The translations under genes and the position numbers were made by a program. The notes beneath the pieces are model-generated. The model did no database searches. It was not told the DNA's origin and saw only the letters and a list, made by a program, of their open reading frames with translations. A stretch of 64,000 nt of DNA from positions 21,586 to 85,585 of the forward strand of contig CAYUQD010000001.1 of the NCBI GenBank assembly GCA_964446965.1. Direction: 5' to 3'. Source of the stretch: an uncultured Candidatus Saccharibacteria bacterium. GTDB lineage: Bacteria > Patescibacteriota > Minisyncoccia > Phycocordibacterales > UBA9973. Shown piece by piece: positions 18,367 to 27,638 of this stretch (its first letter is position 1; each line of letters opens with the position of its first letter).

Positions 18367-18924
18367 ATGAACGACGATGAAGATGTAGTGTTAGACCCAG
18401 AGTTCGTCGAGTCCACTGAGGATGGGGATGAGCTCGCTGGCAGTGCACAAATCAAGAAACTCCAAGAGAAAATCAAGTCTCTCGAGAAAGAAAAGACCGA
18501 GTACCTCGACGGCTGGCAGCGCGCTCGCGCCGACTATGCCAACCTCCAGAAGTCTACTGACGAAGACAAAAAACGGTTCAAGGAACTCTTTGCAGAGCGA
18601 TTTGTTGAGGACTTGATCCCAGTTGTCGACAGTTTCTCTATGGCGATGGGCAACAAGGAGGCGTGGGAGAAAGTAGAGCCGACATGGCGTACTGGGGTAG
18701 AGTATATCTACAACCAGCTTATGGCAGCTCTGCAGGGACACGGACTTACTCTCATAGGGGAGCCGGGTGAAGTATTTGATCCCACACTACACGAAGCTAT
18801 TAGTGAGCACGAGACAGATAATCCAGCCAATGACCATACAGTCATGTCAGTCATCCAAAAGGGGGTGAAACTCGCAGATACCGTGATACGGCCTGCTCGG
18901 GTGGTGGTATACAAGGCGGTCTAA
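18367..18924 (+). CDS. grpE: nucleotide exchange factor GrpE
   Basis: Acidic N-terminus, coiled coil, GrpE C-terminal beta domain (...H.A....D...V..V.Q.GY.L.D.V.RPA.V.V). Confidence 0.85.
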   Translation: MNDDEDVVLDPEFVESTEDGDELAGSAQIKKLQEKIKSLEKEKTEYLDGWQRARADYANLQKSTDEDKKRFKELFAERFVEDLIPVVDSFSMAMGNKEAWEKVEPTWRTGVEYIYNQLMAALQGHGLTLIGEPGEVFDPTLHEAISEHETDNPANDHTVMSVIQKGVKLADTVIRPARVVVYKAV

Positions 18925-18953
18925 GGATCGCTTTTTTGCTCTCTACCCATATA

Positions 18954-18982
18954 TTGACTTTATATAGATAATATGGTATGAT
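18954..18982 (+). promoter_or_regulatory. strong promoter TTGACT-17-TGgTATGAT (extended -10)
   Basis: Near-identical copy at 22196-22224. Confidence 0.5.
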
Positions 18983-19035
18983 ACGCTTAGGTTACATTCT
19001 TTCAAAAATCATTCAAAAACGAAAAAAAGAAACAT

Positions 19036-19536
19036 ATGAAAAAGGTATTTCAGTTAATTCTGATTGTAGGGTTATTTGCCCTCACCAGCTGTGGCAAAGA
19101 TTATGTGCCAACAATTGTAGATCCAACCCTGCCTGTGGCAGATGGTATCTCGGTGGTGGCGACACTTAGTCGCCCCAGCTCATTTTTTGATGGCAATACG
19201 GCGAACTATGATATACAAATTAATGCAGGATACAATTTCGGATCATCAAATCTGTATATTGATCACATTACACGACGTCAATCAAACGGATTTGCACCTG
19301 TTCGGGAAACATACCCTTTGTATTTAACCATTTTTCCGAAGCCGGGCGGTATTACTATCCGCAATATAAAACTTGGTGAAATATACCAAATAGTATTGCA
19401 GGACGTATATGGCAACTGGCAAGTTATCTTTGCCCAAGAATGGTGTGACTGTCAGGGTAGAAAAGCTGACAAACCCACAGTCAATAAATTCATTACTGAA
19501 AGTAATGCACATCGAAAAAAGGCAATCAAGAATTGA
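19036..19536 (+). CDS. hypothetical lipoprotein
   Basis: Signal peptide with lipobox LTSC. Confidence 0.5.
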   Translation: MKKVFQLILIVGLFALTSCGKDYVPTIVDPTLPVADGISVVATLSRPSSFFDGNTANYDIQINAGYNFGSSNLYIDHITRRQSNGFAPVRETYPLYLTIFPKPGGITIRNIKLGEIYQIVLQDVYGNWQVIFAQEWCDCQGRKADKPTVNKFITESNAHRKKAIKN

Positions 19537-19551
19537 TATGCAACAAAGTAG

Positions 19552-19581
19552 AAACCCGGTATATTTTACCGGGTTTTTTTA
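19552..19581. terminator. bidirectional terminator (aaacccggtat-atttt-accgggttt + T-run)
   Basis: Inverted repeat between converging genes. Confidence 0.55.
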
Positions 19582-20118
19582 TTGAACCATGTTTACAAAT
19601 TCCTTCTCGGTCTCTATATCAAGTGCGTCAGTTACGAGTATCATAACTTCGGTTTTCAAACCGAGGTCTTTTTTTATGTTTGCAAAGAGGTGTTCAAAGG
19701 GGAGCTTTGAGATCCAGACACTATTTTTTGCGGCGACGAACCCCGCTTTTTTGAGCAGGTAGCGGAGCGCATCTCGCTCTGTCTTGCGATCCTCGGGGAA
19801 GTCGAGCATGATGATGCGCCATTTGCCATCCCAGTGCGGGTTGAATACGACGTCTTCGTGATCGAGTTTGATGCTATGCGCCTTGCGTTTACCCTCTGCT
19901 GTGAGGCGAGCATAGGCTTGCTGACCCGAATGGTGATGCTCGACGAGGCCAGTGTCCCGCAAGCCTTTGAGAGAGCGTGTGAGTGCGTACAGAGCCTTGG
20001 GCGCGTCGGTATCGCCGAGTTGTTCAGTCAGGGTCGCAACAGAGATTGCGGGCTTGTCAGCGAGGAGTTTGATGATTTTCTTTGAATAATTGGCCTTGTC
20101 GCCAGTATTTCTTGACAT
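19579..20118 (-). CDS. winged-helix transcriptional regulator, PaaX-like (N-terminal wHTH plus C-terminal PaaX_C/Cas2-like domain)
   Basis: ...LYALTRSLKGLRDTGLVEH... wHTH; C-terminal WDGKWRIIMLDFPEDRKTERDALRYLLKKAGF...NSVWI. Confidence 0.45.
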   Translation of the reverse strand: MSRNTGDKANYSKKIIKLLADKPAISVATLTEQLGDTDAPKALYALTRSLKGLRDTGLVEHHHSGQQAYARLTAEGKRKAHSIKLDHEDVVFNPHWDGKWRIIMLDFPEDRKTERDALRYLLKKAGFVAAKNSVWISKLPFEHLFANIKKDLGLKTEVMILVTDALDIETEKEFVNMVQ

Positions 20119-20140
20119 AGAAAAACGATATCATTATACT
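20112..20140 (+). promoter_or_regulatory. dnaK promoter TTGACA-17-TATACT
   Basis: The -35 box overlaps the start codon of the divergent regulator gene; the minus-strand TATAAT (20133-20138) overlaps the -10 box. Confidence 0.45.
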
Positions 20141-20145
20141 GCTAT

Positions 20146-20172
20146 TTGTACAAGTATTTTGCGGTCGCAAAA
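20146..20172. promoter_or_regulatory. palindromic operator candidates TTGTACAA (20146-20153) and TTTTGCG-gt-CGCAAAA (20157-20172) on the dnaK leader
   Basis: Perfect inverted repeats located between the dnaK transcription start and the divergent regulator. Confidence 0.35.
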
Positions 20173-20233
20173 CAGACGTTAAATCCCGAATTCACGACCA
20201 AATACTTTTAGTAATTAATTTTTTCACACACAT

Positions 20234-22138
20234 ATGGCAAAAATCATTGGAATTGACCTCGGAACGACCAACAGTGCTGTCGCCATCATCGAAGGTGGCC
20301 AGCCAAAGATTATCGAGAATATCGAAGGTGCACGCACCACTCCGTCCATTGTCGCAGTGGGCAAGAACGGCGACCGTCTCGTCGGTCTCCTTGCGAAACG
20401 TCAGGCCGTCACCAACCCAGAGAACACGATCTATGGTATCAAGCGCTTCATGGGTCACAAGGCAGATGACACTGGTCTCGACAAAGTGATCAAGACCTCA
20501 TCGTTCAAGGTCGCACATGGCACAGACGGTGGTGTACAAGTCAAACTTGGGGACAAGGACTACCGTCCTGAAGAAATCTCTGCGATGATCCTACAGAAGA
20601 TCAAGGCAGACGTCGAAGCAAAGCTCGGTGAAAAGGTCACCGAGGCGATCATCACCGTCCCTGCGTATTTTAACGATGCACAGCGCAAGGCCACCAAGGA
20701 CGCAGGAGCGATCGCCGGTCTCGATGTGAAGCGTATCATCAACGAACCAACTGCAGCTGCGCTCGCGTACGGATTTAATTCTAAGAAAAACGAAAAGATC
20801 GCCGTGTACGACCTCGGTGGAGGAACATTCGATATCTCTATCCTCGAAGTCTCTGATATCGATGACCAGCAGTCTATCGAAGTGAAGTCGACCGATGGTG
20901 ATGCCCTCATGGGAGGACGCGACATCGACCTCAAGATCATGGACTGGATCGCCGAAGAATTCAAAAAGCAGTCAGGTGTGGATGTCATGAAGGACTCCCT
21001 CGCTCGACAGCGACTCGACGAAGCTGCAGAGAAGGCAAAGATCGAACTCTCGACAGCGGTCGAGACAGAGATCAACATCCCATTCATCACAAGTACTGAT
21101 GCGGGTCCTCAGCACTTGCTCCTCAAGATGACTCGTGCACAGCTCGAGAGTATCGCGGACGAGTACATTGCGCGCTCTATCGACATCACCAAGCGTGCAG
21201 TCGAAGCATCTGGATTCTCTATGGCAGATATCAATGAAGTCATCCTCGTCGGAGGACAGACTCGCATGCCAAAGATTGTGGAGGAAGTGAAGAAACTCTT
21301 TGGTAAAGAACCAAACCGTTCTATCAACCCTGACGAAGTCGTCGCTCTCGGTGCGGCAGTGCAAGGAGGAGTATTGCAAGGTGATGTGCGCGACGTGTTG
21401 CTCCTCGATGTTATTCCGCTCTCTCTCGGTATCGAGACCATGGGAGGTGTCGCGACCAAGCTCGTCGAACGCAATACGACGATCCCGAGCTCAAAGAGTC
21501 AGATCTTCTCAACCGCGACTGACAACCAGCCGTCAGTAGAGATACATGTCACTCAAGGAGAGCGCCCAATGGCTGCTGACAACAAATCGCTCGGACGATT
21601 TGTCCTCGATGGCATTGCACCAGCACCACGTGGTATGCCACAGATCGAGGTGACATTCGATGTGGACTCCAACGGTATCCTCAGTGTGAAAGCCAAGGAC
21701 AAAGCTACTGGCAAGGAGCAGTCTATCCGCATCGAAGCGTCATCAGGTCTCACCCCCGAAGACATCGAACGCATGAAGAAAGATGCCGAGATCAATGCCG
21801 GCGAAGACGCAAAGAAAAAGGAGCTCGTCGATGCAAAGAACACTGCAGACATGATGATCTTCTCAGCCGAGAAAGCACTCACCGAACACGGTGCCAATAT
21901 CACTGATGAGATCAAGGCAGGGGTACAGGCAAAGATTGACGAAGCAAAGAAAGCAAAGGAAGGGAATGACAAGGCTGCAATGGAAGCTGCGACCAGTGCA
22001 CTCTCTACAGAGATGCAAAAGATAGGGGAACATATCCAAAAGAACTCCTCTACTACTCCAGAGCCTCAGGCCGAAGAAATCACCAAGGATGCTGAGGCGA
22101 CTGATACCACTAGTGAGCCAGAAGCTCCAAAAGCATAA
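20234..22138 (+). CDS. dnaK: molecular chaperone DnaK (Hsp70)
   Basis: [18 protein letters not shown], full-length Hsp70. Confidence 0.95.
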   Translation: MAKIIGIDLGTTNSAVAIIEGGQPKIIENIEGARTTPSIVAVGKNGDRLVGLLAKRQAVTNPENTIYGIKRFMGHKADDTGLDKVIKTSSFKVAHGTDGGVQVKLGDKDYRPEEISAMILQKIKADVEAKLGEKVTEAIITVPAYFNDAQRKATKDAGAIAGLDVKRIINEPTAAALAYGFNSKKNEKIAVYDLGGGTFDISILEVSDIDDQQSIEVKSTDGDALMGGRDIDLKIMDWIAEEFKKQSGVDVMKDSLARQRLDEAAEKAKIELSTAVETEINIPFITSTDAGPQHLLLKMTRAQLESIADEYIARSIDITKRAVEASGFSMADINEVILVGGQTRMPKIVEEVKKLFGKEPNRSINPDEVVALGAAVQGGVLQGDVRDVLLLDVIPLSLGIETMGGVATKLVERNTTIPSSKSQIFSTATDNQPSVEIHVTQGERPMAADNKSLGRFVLDGIAPAPRGMPQIEVTFDVDSNGILSVKAKDKATGKEQSIRIEASSGLTPEDIERMKKDAEINAGEDAKKKELVDAKNTADMMIFSAEKALTEHGANITDEIKAGVQAKIDEAKKAKEGNDKAAMEAATSALSTEMQKIGEHIQKNSSTTPEPQAEEITKDAEATDTTSEPEAPKA

Positions 22139-22165
22139 GACAAATCCCTATAAAATCACGCAAAA

Positions 22166-22188
22166 TGCCCTAGAAATAGGGTTTTTTG
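22166..22188 (+). terminator. intrinsic terminator after dnaK (ccctagaaataggg + T6)
   Basis: Hairpin plus T-run. Confidence 0.5.
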
Positions 22189-22195
22189 TTATATA

Positions 22196-22224
22196 TTGAC
22201 TTTACATATAAAATATGGTATGAT
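22196..22224 (+). promoter_or_regulatory. strong promoter TTGACT-17-TGgTATGAT (near-identical copy of 18954-18982)
   Basis: Shared 30-plus bp block ATATATTGACTTTAyATA..AATATGGTATGATA. Confidence 0.5.
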
Positions 22225-22265
22225 ATAGAAGTAAACCTGATCTTAAACAATTAAATCGAGATATT

Positions 22266-22823
22266 ATGTTAATCGAATTAGCTGCTCTCAAATATTTACT
22301 TTCTGGTGGAACCTCAGATGAGGAACTATCTTCTTCTGATTCCAAAATAGAAATACCGTCAGCAACCCGTAGATCCGATGCATTCAGTATATTTTTTCTG
22401 ACCACATCGGTACCAGCTATTATTGGTTTGATATTTTCAAACTATACTGCGCTGGAATCAATAGGATGCTTTATGAATTGGCTTATGCGCCAGACTGTCG
22501 GTGCTGTAACTGAATACAGGTCACGCACTGATTTGACAGATTTTGGCACAGTTGTCATACCTGTTCTATTTGTTATCTGGTGGGTAATGATATTCGGTAC
22601 CATAGTAGTTATCAGCAGATACTTTGCCGCACTGATAACAGAAATGGGTAAAATGATTCCTAAAGGAATTAAAAACTTTATTCTTGTCATCACTATCTCT
22701 ATTTCTATAAGTTGTATATATTATGGTTACAACCAATACCACCAAAAGAGATCAGTATTTGAAAAAGAAGAAAAGAGAGAAAAAGAAAGAGCGTCATATC
22801 GTCATTCGCGTTACTATTTTTAG
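22266..22823 (+). CDS. hypothetical polytopic membrane protein
   Basis: Three to four hydrophobic helices, KE-rich C-terminus. Confidence 0.4.
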   Translation: MLIELAALKYLLSGGTSDEELSSSDSKIEIPSATRRSDAFSIFFLTTSVPAIIGLIFSNYTALESIGCFMNWLMRQTVGAVTEYRSRTDLTDFGTVVIPVLFVIWWVMIFGTIVVISRYFAALITEMGKMIPKGIKNFILVITISISISCIYYGYNQYHQKRSVFEKEEKREKERASYRHSRYYF

Positions 22824-22842
22824 TAAAAACATTTCAGAATGA

Positions 22843-22888
22843 AGCTGTTAGTTAGAAATATTTATTATTTCCCTAACAGCTTTTTTTA
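22843..22888 (+). terminator. intrinsic terminator (agctgttag...ctaacagct + T7)
   Basis: 9-bp stem and T-run. Confidence 0.45.
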
Positions 22889-22914
22889 TTTCCAATTTGT
22901 GCTATAGTTTCGCT

Positions 22915-22992
22915 ATGAACAAGAAACGAAAAGTTGCTGCAAAAAAGAAGCGCAAGAAGGAAGGCAAGACCGTCAACCTCCGACACCGATAA
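22915..22992 (+). CDS. tiny Lys/Arg-rich peptide (25 aa, MNKKRKVAAKKKRKKEGKTVNLRHR)
   Basis: Short ORF flanked by its own terminators (22843-22888 upstream, 23008-23038 downstream); composition resembles very small ribosomal proteins. Confidence 0.25.
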   Translation: MNKKRKVAAKKKRKKEGKTVNLRHR

Positions 22993-23007
22993 TACGCGTA
23001 GAATGTT

Positions 23008-23038
23008 AACCGCCCTTATGAGGGCGGTTTGACTTTTT
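23008..23038 (+). terminator. intrinsic terminator (accgccct-tatg-agggcggt + T-run), fused to the next promoter
   Basis: 8-bp stem; TTGACT at 23028-23033 begins the promoter TTGACT-17-TATAAT for the 23073 gene. Confidence 0.55.
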
Positions 23039-23072
23039 ATATGTAGTATGTATAATTTATGAAAAATTAAGT

Positions 23073-23456
23073 ATGAAACATTTAAAGTTGTATCAATTCC
23101 TGCGGATTGCAGTGTTTGTTGTTTGTAGTACTGGCGCACTCTTCAGTATTTATTGGGGATGGTCCAATAATAACTTCGTAAGCTTTATTTGGGTATTTGC
23201 AGTGTCCGTAATTACACTTTCTTTTTCCTATGTATATATTCCTGGAAAAATATATACATATCGAGAATTTGAACGAGCAACAAACGCCGCTTCTTGGAAA
23301 TATGCAGTCCATGCAAAATGGAAATTCAAATCCGGATATCTGCATGAAATGAATACTGGACTCAATGAAAAAATGTACCTTGTGTACGATGAGAGAGATC
23401 TAGGTAAAGTCTTAAAAGAAAAAACTCCCGCAGAGCTTGAAGCGTATAATAAATAG
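23073..23456 (+). CDS. hypothetical membrane protein
   Basis: Two N-terminal TM helices. Confidence 0.4.
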   Translation: MKHLKLYQFLRIAVFVVCSTGALFSIYWGWSNNNFVSFIWVFAVSVITLSFSYVYIPGKIYTYREFERATNAASWKYAVHAKWKFKSGYLHEMNTGLNEKMYLVYDERDLGKVLKEKTPAELEAYNK

Positions 23457-23473
23457 CTGTACTGCGTAAAATG

Positions 23474-23500
23474 AAAGCCACCCTGAAGGTGGTTTTTTTA
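23474..23500 (+). terminator. intrinsic terminator (ccaccctgaaggtgg + T7)
   Basis: Hairpin plus T-run. Confidence 0.55.
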
Positions 23501-23526
23501 TGGGTAATTTGTGATAAAGTTAGGAT

Positions 23527-24588
23527 ATGAGCAAAGACTATTACGAGACATTGGGTGTCCAAAAAGGCGCCTCAAAGGATGAGATCAAAAAGGCCTTCCA
23601 TAAGATGGCGCATAAATACCATCCTGATAAATCCACTGGCGACGAAGCCAAGTTCAAGGAGGTCAATGAAGCGTACCAGACACTCTCGGACGATCAGAAG
23701 CGTGCGCAGTACGACCAGTTTGGGTCTGCGGGACCACAGATGGGTGGCGGACAAGGATTCGGAGGATTCGACTTTGGTGGATTCGGGCAGAATGCGGGCG
23801 GATTTGAATTCGATCTCGGAGATATGTTTGGCGACTTATTTGGCGGCGGCAGACAACGACGGCAGCAACGGGGAAACGATCTACAGACTACAATCAACAT
23901 CGAGTTCAAGGACGCGATATTTGGCATTGAGCGTGAACTTCGGATCAAGAAGCCGTCGGTCTGTACAACGTGCAAAGGCAACGGCGCAAAGCCTGGCACC
24001 GATCTCCATACCTGTAGTCAATGTAACGGCAAGGGGCAGGTGCGCAACATTCAGCGCACAATCCTCGGGTCTATCGCAACCAATCAGACCTGCGACAAGT
24101 GTCATGGTGCAGGCAAGATACCAACAGAGCCATGTGCCACCTGTCATGGCAAGGGTGTCGTCAACGAAGAACGCACTATCAAAATCTCGGTCCCTGCCGG
24201 TATCCAGAATGGCGAGACCCTCCGCCTCGCAGGTATGGGTGAAGCGATCACTGGTGGGAGCCCTGGGGATCTCTATGTACATGTCACGGTAGCTACACAC
24301 AAGACTATCGTCCGACACAATCACGATCTCGTGACTACACTCCCGATCAAACTCACCGACGCACTCCTCGGCGCGACCTACGCAGTCGAGACACTCGATG
24401 GTACTGAGCAAATCTCTATACCTACCGGTACGAGAGTAGGAGATACGATCACGCTCAAGCACAAAGGTGTCCCTGTCAGTACCTCAAAGCGTGGTAACTT
24501 CATTATCAAACTCGATATCAAACTCCCCGAGAAGCTTTCAAAGAAGGCAAAGGAAGTGATAGAGGAGCTCAAGAAAGAGGGAATATAG
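23527..24588 (+). CDS. dnaJ: molecular chaperone DnaJ
   Basis: J domain with HPD, G/F-rich linker, four CxxCxGxG zinc-finger repeats, C-terminal domain. Confidence 0.9.
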   Translation: MSKDYYETLGVQKGASKDEIKKAFHKMAHKYHPDKSTGDEAKFKEVNEAYQTLSDDQKRAQYDQFGSAGPQMGGGQGFGGFDFGGFGQNAGGFEFDLGDMFGDLFGGGRQRRQQRGNDLQTTINIEFKDAIFGIERELRIKKPSVCTTCKGNGAKPGTDLHTCSQCNGKGQVRNIQRTILGSIATNQTCDKCHGAGKIPTEPCATCHGKGVVNEERTIKISVPAGIQNGETLRLAGMGEAITGGSPGDLYVHVTVATHKTIVRHNHDLVTTLPIKLTDALLGATYAVETLDGTEQISIPTGTRVGDTITLKHKGVPVSTSKRGNFIIKLDIKLPEKLSKKAKEVIEELKKEGI

Positions 24589-24590
24589 AT

Positions 24591-24890
24591 ATGAAAAAAA
24601 TATTATTTTTTACATTTTTGATTTTTATACTTTCACATCACAATGCGTACGCATGTAGTGTAGTATATGAGCCCAACCATCCTGTTACTGAAGTATCTTC
24701 GGTAATTGTAAAGACAAGTTCAGCTACTATATACACAACATTTGATGAGCAGAAGTATATAAAAATTGCAGAGCACAGAGAGGATAGTTGCGGTCCATAT
24801 CGAACATATCTACGAAAAGATATAGTATTTGGAGGTATTGCGGTTGTAGTACTGGGTACCTTTCTCATTTTTAAGAAGAAGAGGGATTGA
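24591..24890 (+). CDS. hypothetical small protein with signal peptide and C-terminal TM anchor
   Basis: Hydrophobic N- and C-termini. Confidence 0.35.
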   Translation: MKKILFFTFLIFILSHHNAYACSVVYEPNHPVTEVSSVIVKTSSATIYTTFDEQKYIKIAEHREDSCGPYRTYLRKDIVFGGIAVVVLGTFLIFKKKRD

Positions 24891-24954
24891 AGAAAGAGGG
24901 GATTTAAACCAAAATTGTAGTTAAAAAGCCTTTATATCTAAAGGTTTTTTAGTA

Positions 24955-24983
24955 TTGACAAAATCTATATAATATGTTATGAT
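24955..24983 (+). promoter_or_regulatory. promoter TTGACA-17-TGtTATGAT preceded by a terminator hairpin (cctttatatctaaagg + T-run)
   Basis: Same cassette architecture as at 18954 and 22196. Confidence 0.45.
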
Positions 24984-25016
24984 GTAGTTAGTTCTTTAAA
25001 CTCTAAAATAATCAAA

Positions 25017-25376
25017 ATGAAAAAAATAATTGCACTTGTGATCGTCAGTATATCAGTATGCGCATCATTCATGACCGCAAACTACTTTGTCAATCTCACA
25101 GCTCGCGACTATCAAGGCTGGTCAGAGTTTGATCACGCTAACGGCTATCTATTTGTAAAAATGATACTAGCTACTGTAGTATGGGGCGGAATTGTTTCAC
25201 TAATCTTTTTCTTAATAAAAAAAGAGTCAAAGAAAGATGAAGATGAAACACTCATTGAAAGCATATTTGATGATATGCACCTGTGGGCGATTAGTAGCTT
25301 TGGCTTAGTAGGTGTTGTGCTTATTCCTTTATTGTTATGGGTAAATGACGACATTACGAAATGGATCATTAGTTGA
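25017..25376 (+). CDS. hypothetical membrane protein
   Basis: Three hydrophobic helices. Confidence 0.4.
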   Translation: MKKIIALVIVSISVCASFMTANYFVNLTARDYQGWSEFDHANGYLFVKMILATVVWGGIVSLIFFLIKKESKKDEDETLIESIFDDMHLWAISSFGLVGVVLIPLLLWVNDDITKWIIS

Positions 25377-25397
25377 ATTAATTAAATTGGCACTCAA

Positions 25398-25432
25398 AAG
25401 CTTCTCGATTAGAGAAGCTTTTTTTATTGCCC
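25398..25432 (+). promoter_or_regulatory. terminator hairpin + GCTTTTTTTATTGCCC element upstream of lysS
   Basis: Same 16-nt element upstream of alaS (9635-9650) and aspS (45896-45911). Confidence 0.4.
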
Positions 25433-25455
25433 AGATTTGCTAGAATACAGTCACT

Positions 25456-26919
25456 ATGGCATCCATACCCGAACTGCGAGACGAACGACTGAAAAAGAAG
25501 GCTATGCTTGAGGAGAAAGGCATTAATCCCTATCCTGCCACTACCAAGCGTACCGATGCTATCGATGTATTCAAAGATCGCTTTTCGTTGTACGAAGCAG
25601 GTAAGGACGCGATCACACTCGCAGGACGCATCATGAGCAAACGTGGACAAGGTGGGCTCGCATTCGCAGACATATTTGACGGTTCTGCAGGAGGAACGAT
25701 GCAGCTGTTCCTCAAATCTGATGAAATGGATGCAGATGCATATGCGCTCTGGAACGAAACGACTGACGTCGGCGACTTCGTCGAGGCGACAGGTATTGCG
25801 TATACGACCAAGCGTGGAGAGCAAGCACTCTTTGTGAGTGGATGGAACATGCTCGCCAAGTCTCTCCTCCCATTGCCTGAAAAGTGGCATGGTCTCACTG
25901 ATGATGACGAACGATACCGCAAGCGATATCTCGATATCCTCACCAACCCTGAACTCCGTGCAATGTTCGAACAGAAGGCAAAGTTCTGGGAAGTGACGCG
26001 CAACTTCATGAAAGACGCAGGGTTCATGGAGGTAGAGACTCCAACCCTCGAGGTGACGACAGGGGGAGCCGAAGCCAATCCGTTCAAAACCATGCACAAG
26101 GACTTTGCGATGGATGTATTCATGCGTATATCGGTCGGAGAACTCTGGCAAAAGCGCCTGATGGCTGCCGGATTTCCCAAGACATTTGAGATAGGGCGTG
26201 TGTACCGCAACGAAGGAAGTAGTCCCGATCACCTCCAAGAATTTACCAACATGGAGTTCTATTGGGCATATGCTGACTATGAAATGGGGATGAAGCTCGT
26301 CGAGCAGTTGTACAAAAAGATCGCACTCGAAGTCTTTGGGACGACAACATTCACGACACGTGGACACACCTTTGATCTCAACCAGCCATGGGGTCGTATC
26401 GACTATGTCAATGAGATCGAGAAGCAAACAGGTATCAATGTCCTCGATGCAACAGAAGGCGAGATGACGGCAAAGCTCGATGAACTCGGCGTGAAGTATG
26501 TCGGCACCAACAAAGAGCGCCTCACTGATACCCTCTGGAAATACTGCCGCAAATCTATCGCAGGTCCAGCATTTCTCATTCGCGTGCCCAAGCTCGTCTC
26601 TCCATTGGCAAAAGCTGCGTCAGACGATCCTCGAGTCACTGAGCGATTTCAAGTATTGCTCGCAGGGAGTGAGGTAGGGAACGGATTTAGTGAACTCAAT
26701 GATCCTGTGGATCAGCGTGCACGCTTTGACCTCCAGCAAGCCATGATCGAGCGCGGAGATGACGAAGCGATGATGCCTGAATGGGAGTTCGTCGACATGC
26801 TCGAGCATGGGATGCCGCCGACCTGCGGATTTGGATTTGGTGAGCGACTATTCGCATTCCTCGTCGACAAACCATTGCGCGAGACGCAATTGTTCCCGTT
26901 GTTGAAGCCGAGAGAGTAA
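25456..26919 (+). CDS. lysS: lysine--tRNA ligase (class II)
   Basis: Class II motifs FMEVETP, YRNEG, GLGIDR-like C-terminus (GFGFGERL). Confidence 0.9.
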   Translation: MASIPELRDERLKKKAMLEEKGINPYPATTKRTDAIDVFKDRFSLYEAGKDAITLAGRIMSKRGQGGLAFADIFDGSAGGTMQLFLKSDEMDADAYALWNETTDVGDFVEATGIAYTTKRGEQALFVSGWNMLAKSLLPLPEKWHGLTDDDERYRKRYLDILTNPELRAMFEQKAKFWEVTRNFMKDAGFMEVETPTLEVTTGGAEANPFKTMHKDFAMDVFMRISVGELWQKRLMAAGFPKTFEIGRVYRNEGSSPDHLQEFTNMEFYWAYADYEMGMKLVEQLYKKIALEVFGTTTFTTRGHTFDLNQPWGRIDYVNEIEKQTGINVLDATEGEMTAKLDELGVKYVGTNKERLTDTLWKYCRKSIAGPAFLIRVPKLVSPLAKAASDDPRVTERFQVLLAGSEVGNGFSELNDPVDQRARFDLQQAMIERGDDEAMMPEWEFVDMLEHGMPPTCGFGFGERLFAFLVDKPLRETQLFPLLKPRE

Positions 26920-26968
26920 TAGTTGACGAAAGTCATAATTCATGGTAATGTTTCAAAAACATTAACAC

Positions 26969-27577
26969 ATGAAAAAACAAATATTATTACTTGCTGCATT
27001 GATATATATTCATGAAGCAAGAGCACAGTCACTGTATTCAATGACTGATGTGCAAGTTCGCACCGATGGTTATCTTGCCTCGGAATATTGTTCATATACA
27101 TTCACCGAACGCATTGGCGCATTTTTATATCTCTCTCAAGAGAAGGGATATGTAAACATTGCTCCGGGCGTATTGCTTACATGCAATACCACAGCGAGCA
27201 CAAAGAGTTATTGGGAAGTCGGTATGGGAATAGGTTCTACGCTCTCAAAAAAAGAACTTGAAGAACCAACCTACTGGTATGCGCACATGTATGCATGGTA
27301 CGAAACAAAACCTGATGAACACCTTGCAAAAGGTAAGTTTAGCTTCCAATGCATTCCCGCGTATACATTCAATACCTCCGATGCGTGGTGGCTACAAAGC
27401 TTTGCAGTATACAGTCTGACGAAGCGCATAGATATAGGTGCACACTTCCAGTCACTGAGCGCCAAAGGCGTACGTCTCAATTACAACGTACCACTACGCA
27501 AAGAGTGCTATGTGCGACTGTATGGTGTGGCAGGTTGGGGTACACTTATCGGTGCAACTCTCATTGTTCAAAAGTAA
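26969..27577 (+). CDS. hypothetical secreted protein
   Basis: Signal peptide ...HEARA-QS; aromatic-rich. Confidence 0.4.
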   Translation: MKKQILLLAALIYIHEARAQSLYSMTDVQVRTDGYLASEYCSYTFTERIGAFLYLSQEKGYVNIAPGVLLTCNTTASTKSYWEVGMGIGSTLSKKELEEPTYWYAHMYAWYETKPDEHLAKGKFSFQCIPAYTFNTSDAWWLQSFAVYSLTKRIDIGAHFQSLSAKGVRLNYNVPLRKECYVRLYGVAGWGTLIGATLIVQK

Positions 27578-27583
27578 TACATT

Positions 27584-27620
27584 GCCGGCTATCTCAGGAT
27601 GGCCGGCTTTTTTATTTTTT
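27584..27620 (+). terminator. intrinsic terminator (gccggc...gccggc + T-run)
   Basis: Hairpin plus T-run. Confidence 0.45.
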
Positions 27621-27638
27621 TGTGGTATTATCCAAAGA

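Noticed and set aside
20560-21972. Long minus-strand ORFs within dnaK (20560..21090, 20972..21379, 21109..21474, 21553..21972)
   Set aside because: Shadow ORFs antisense to a highly conserved Hsp70 gene.
26969-27577. Outer-membrane beta-barrel call for the 202-aa secreted protein (aromatic-rich, C-terminal ...LIVQK)
   Set aside because: No clear alternating beta-strand pattern or terminal Phe, and the organism's envelope type is unknown. Left as a hypothetical secreted protein.
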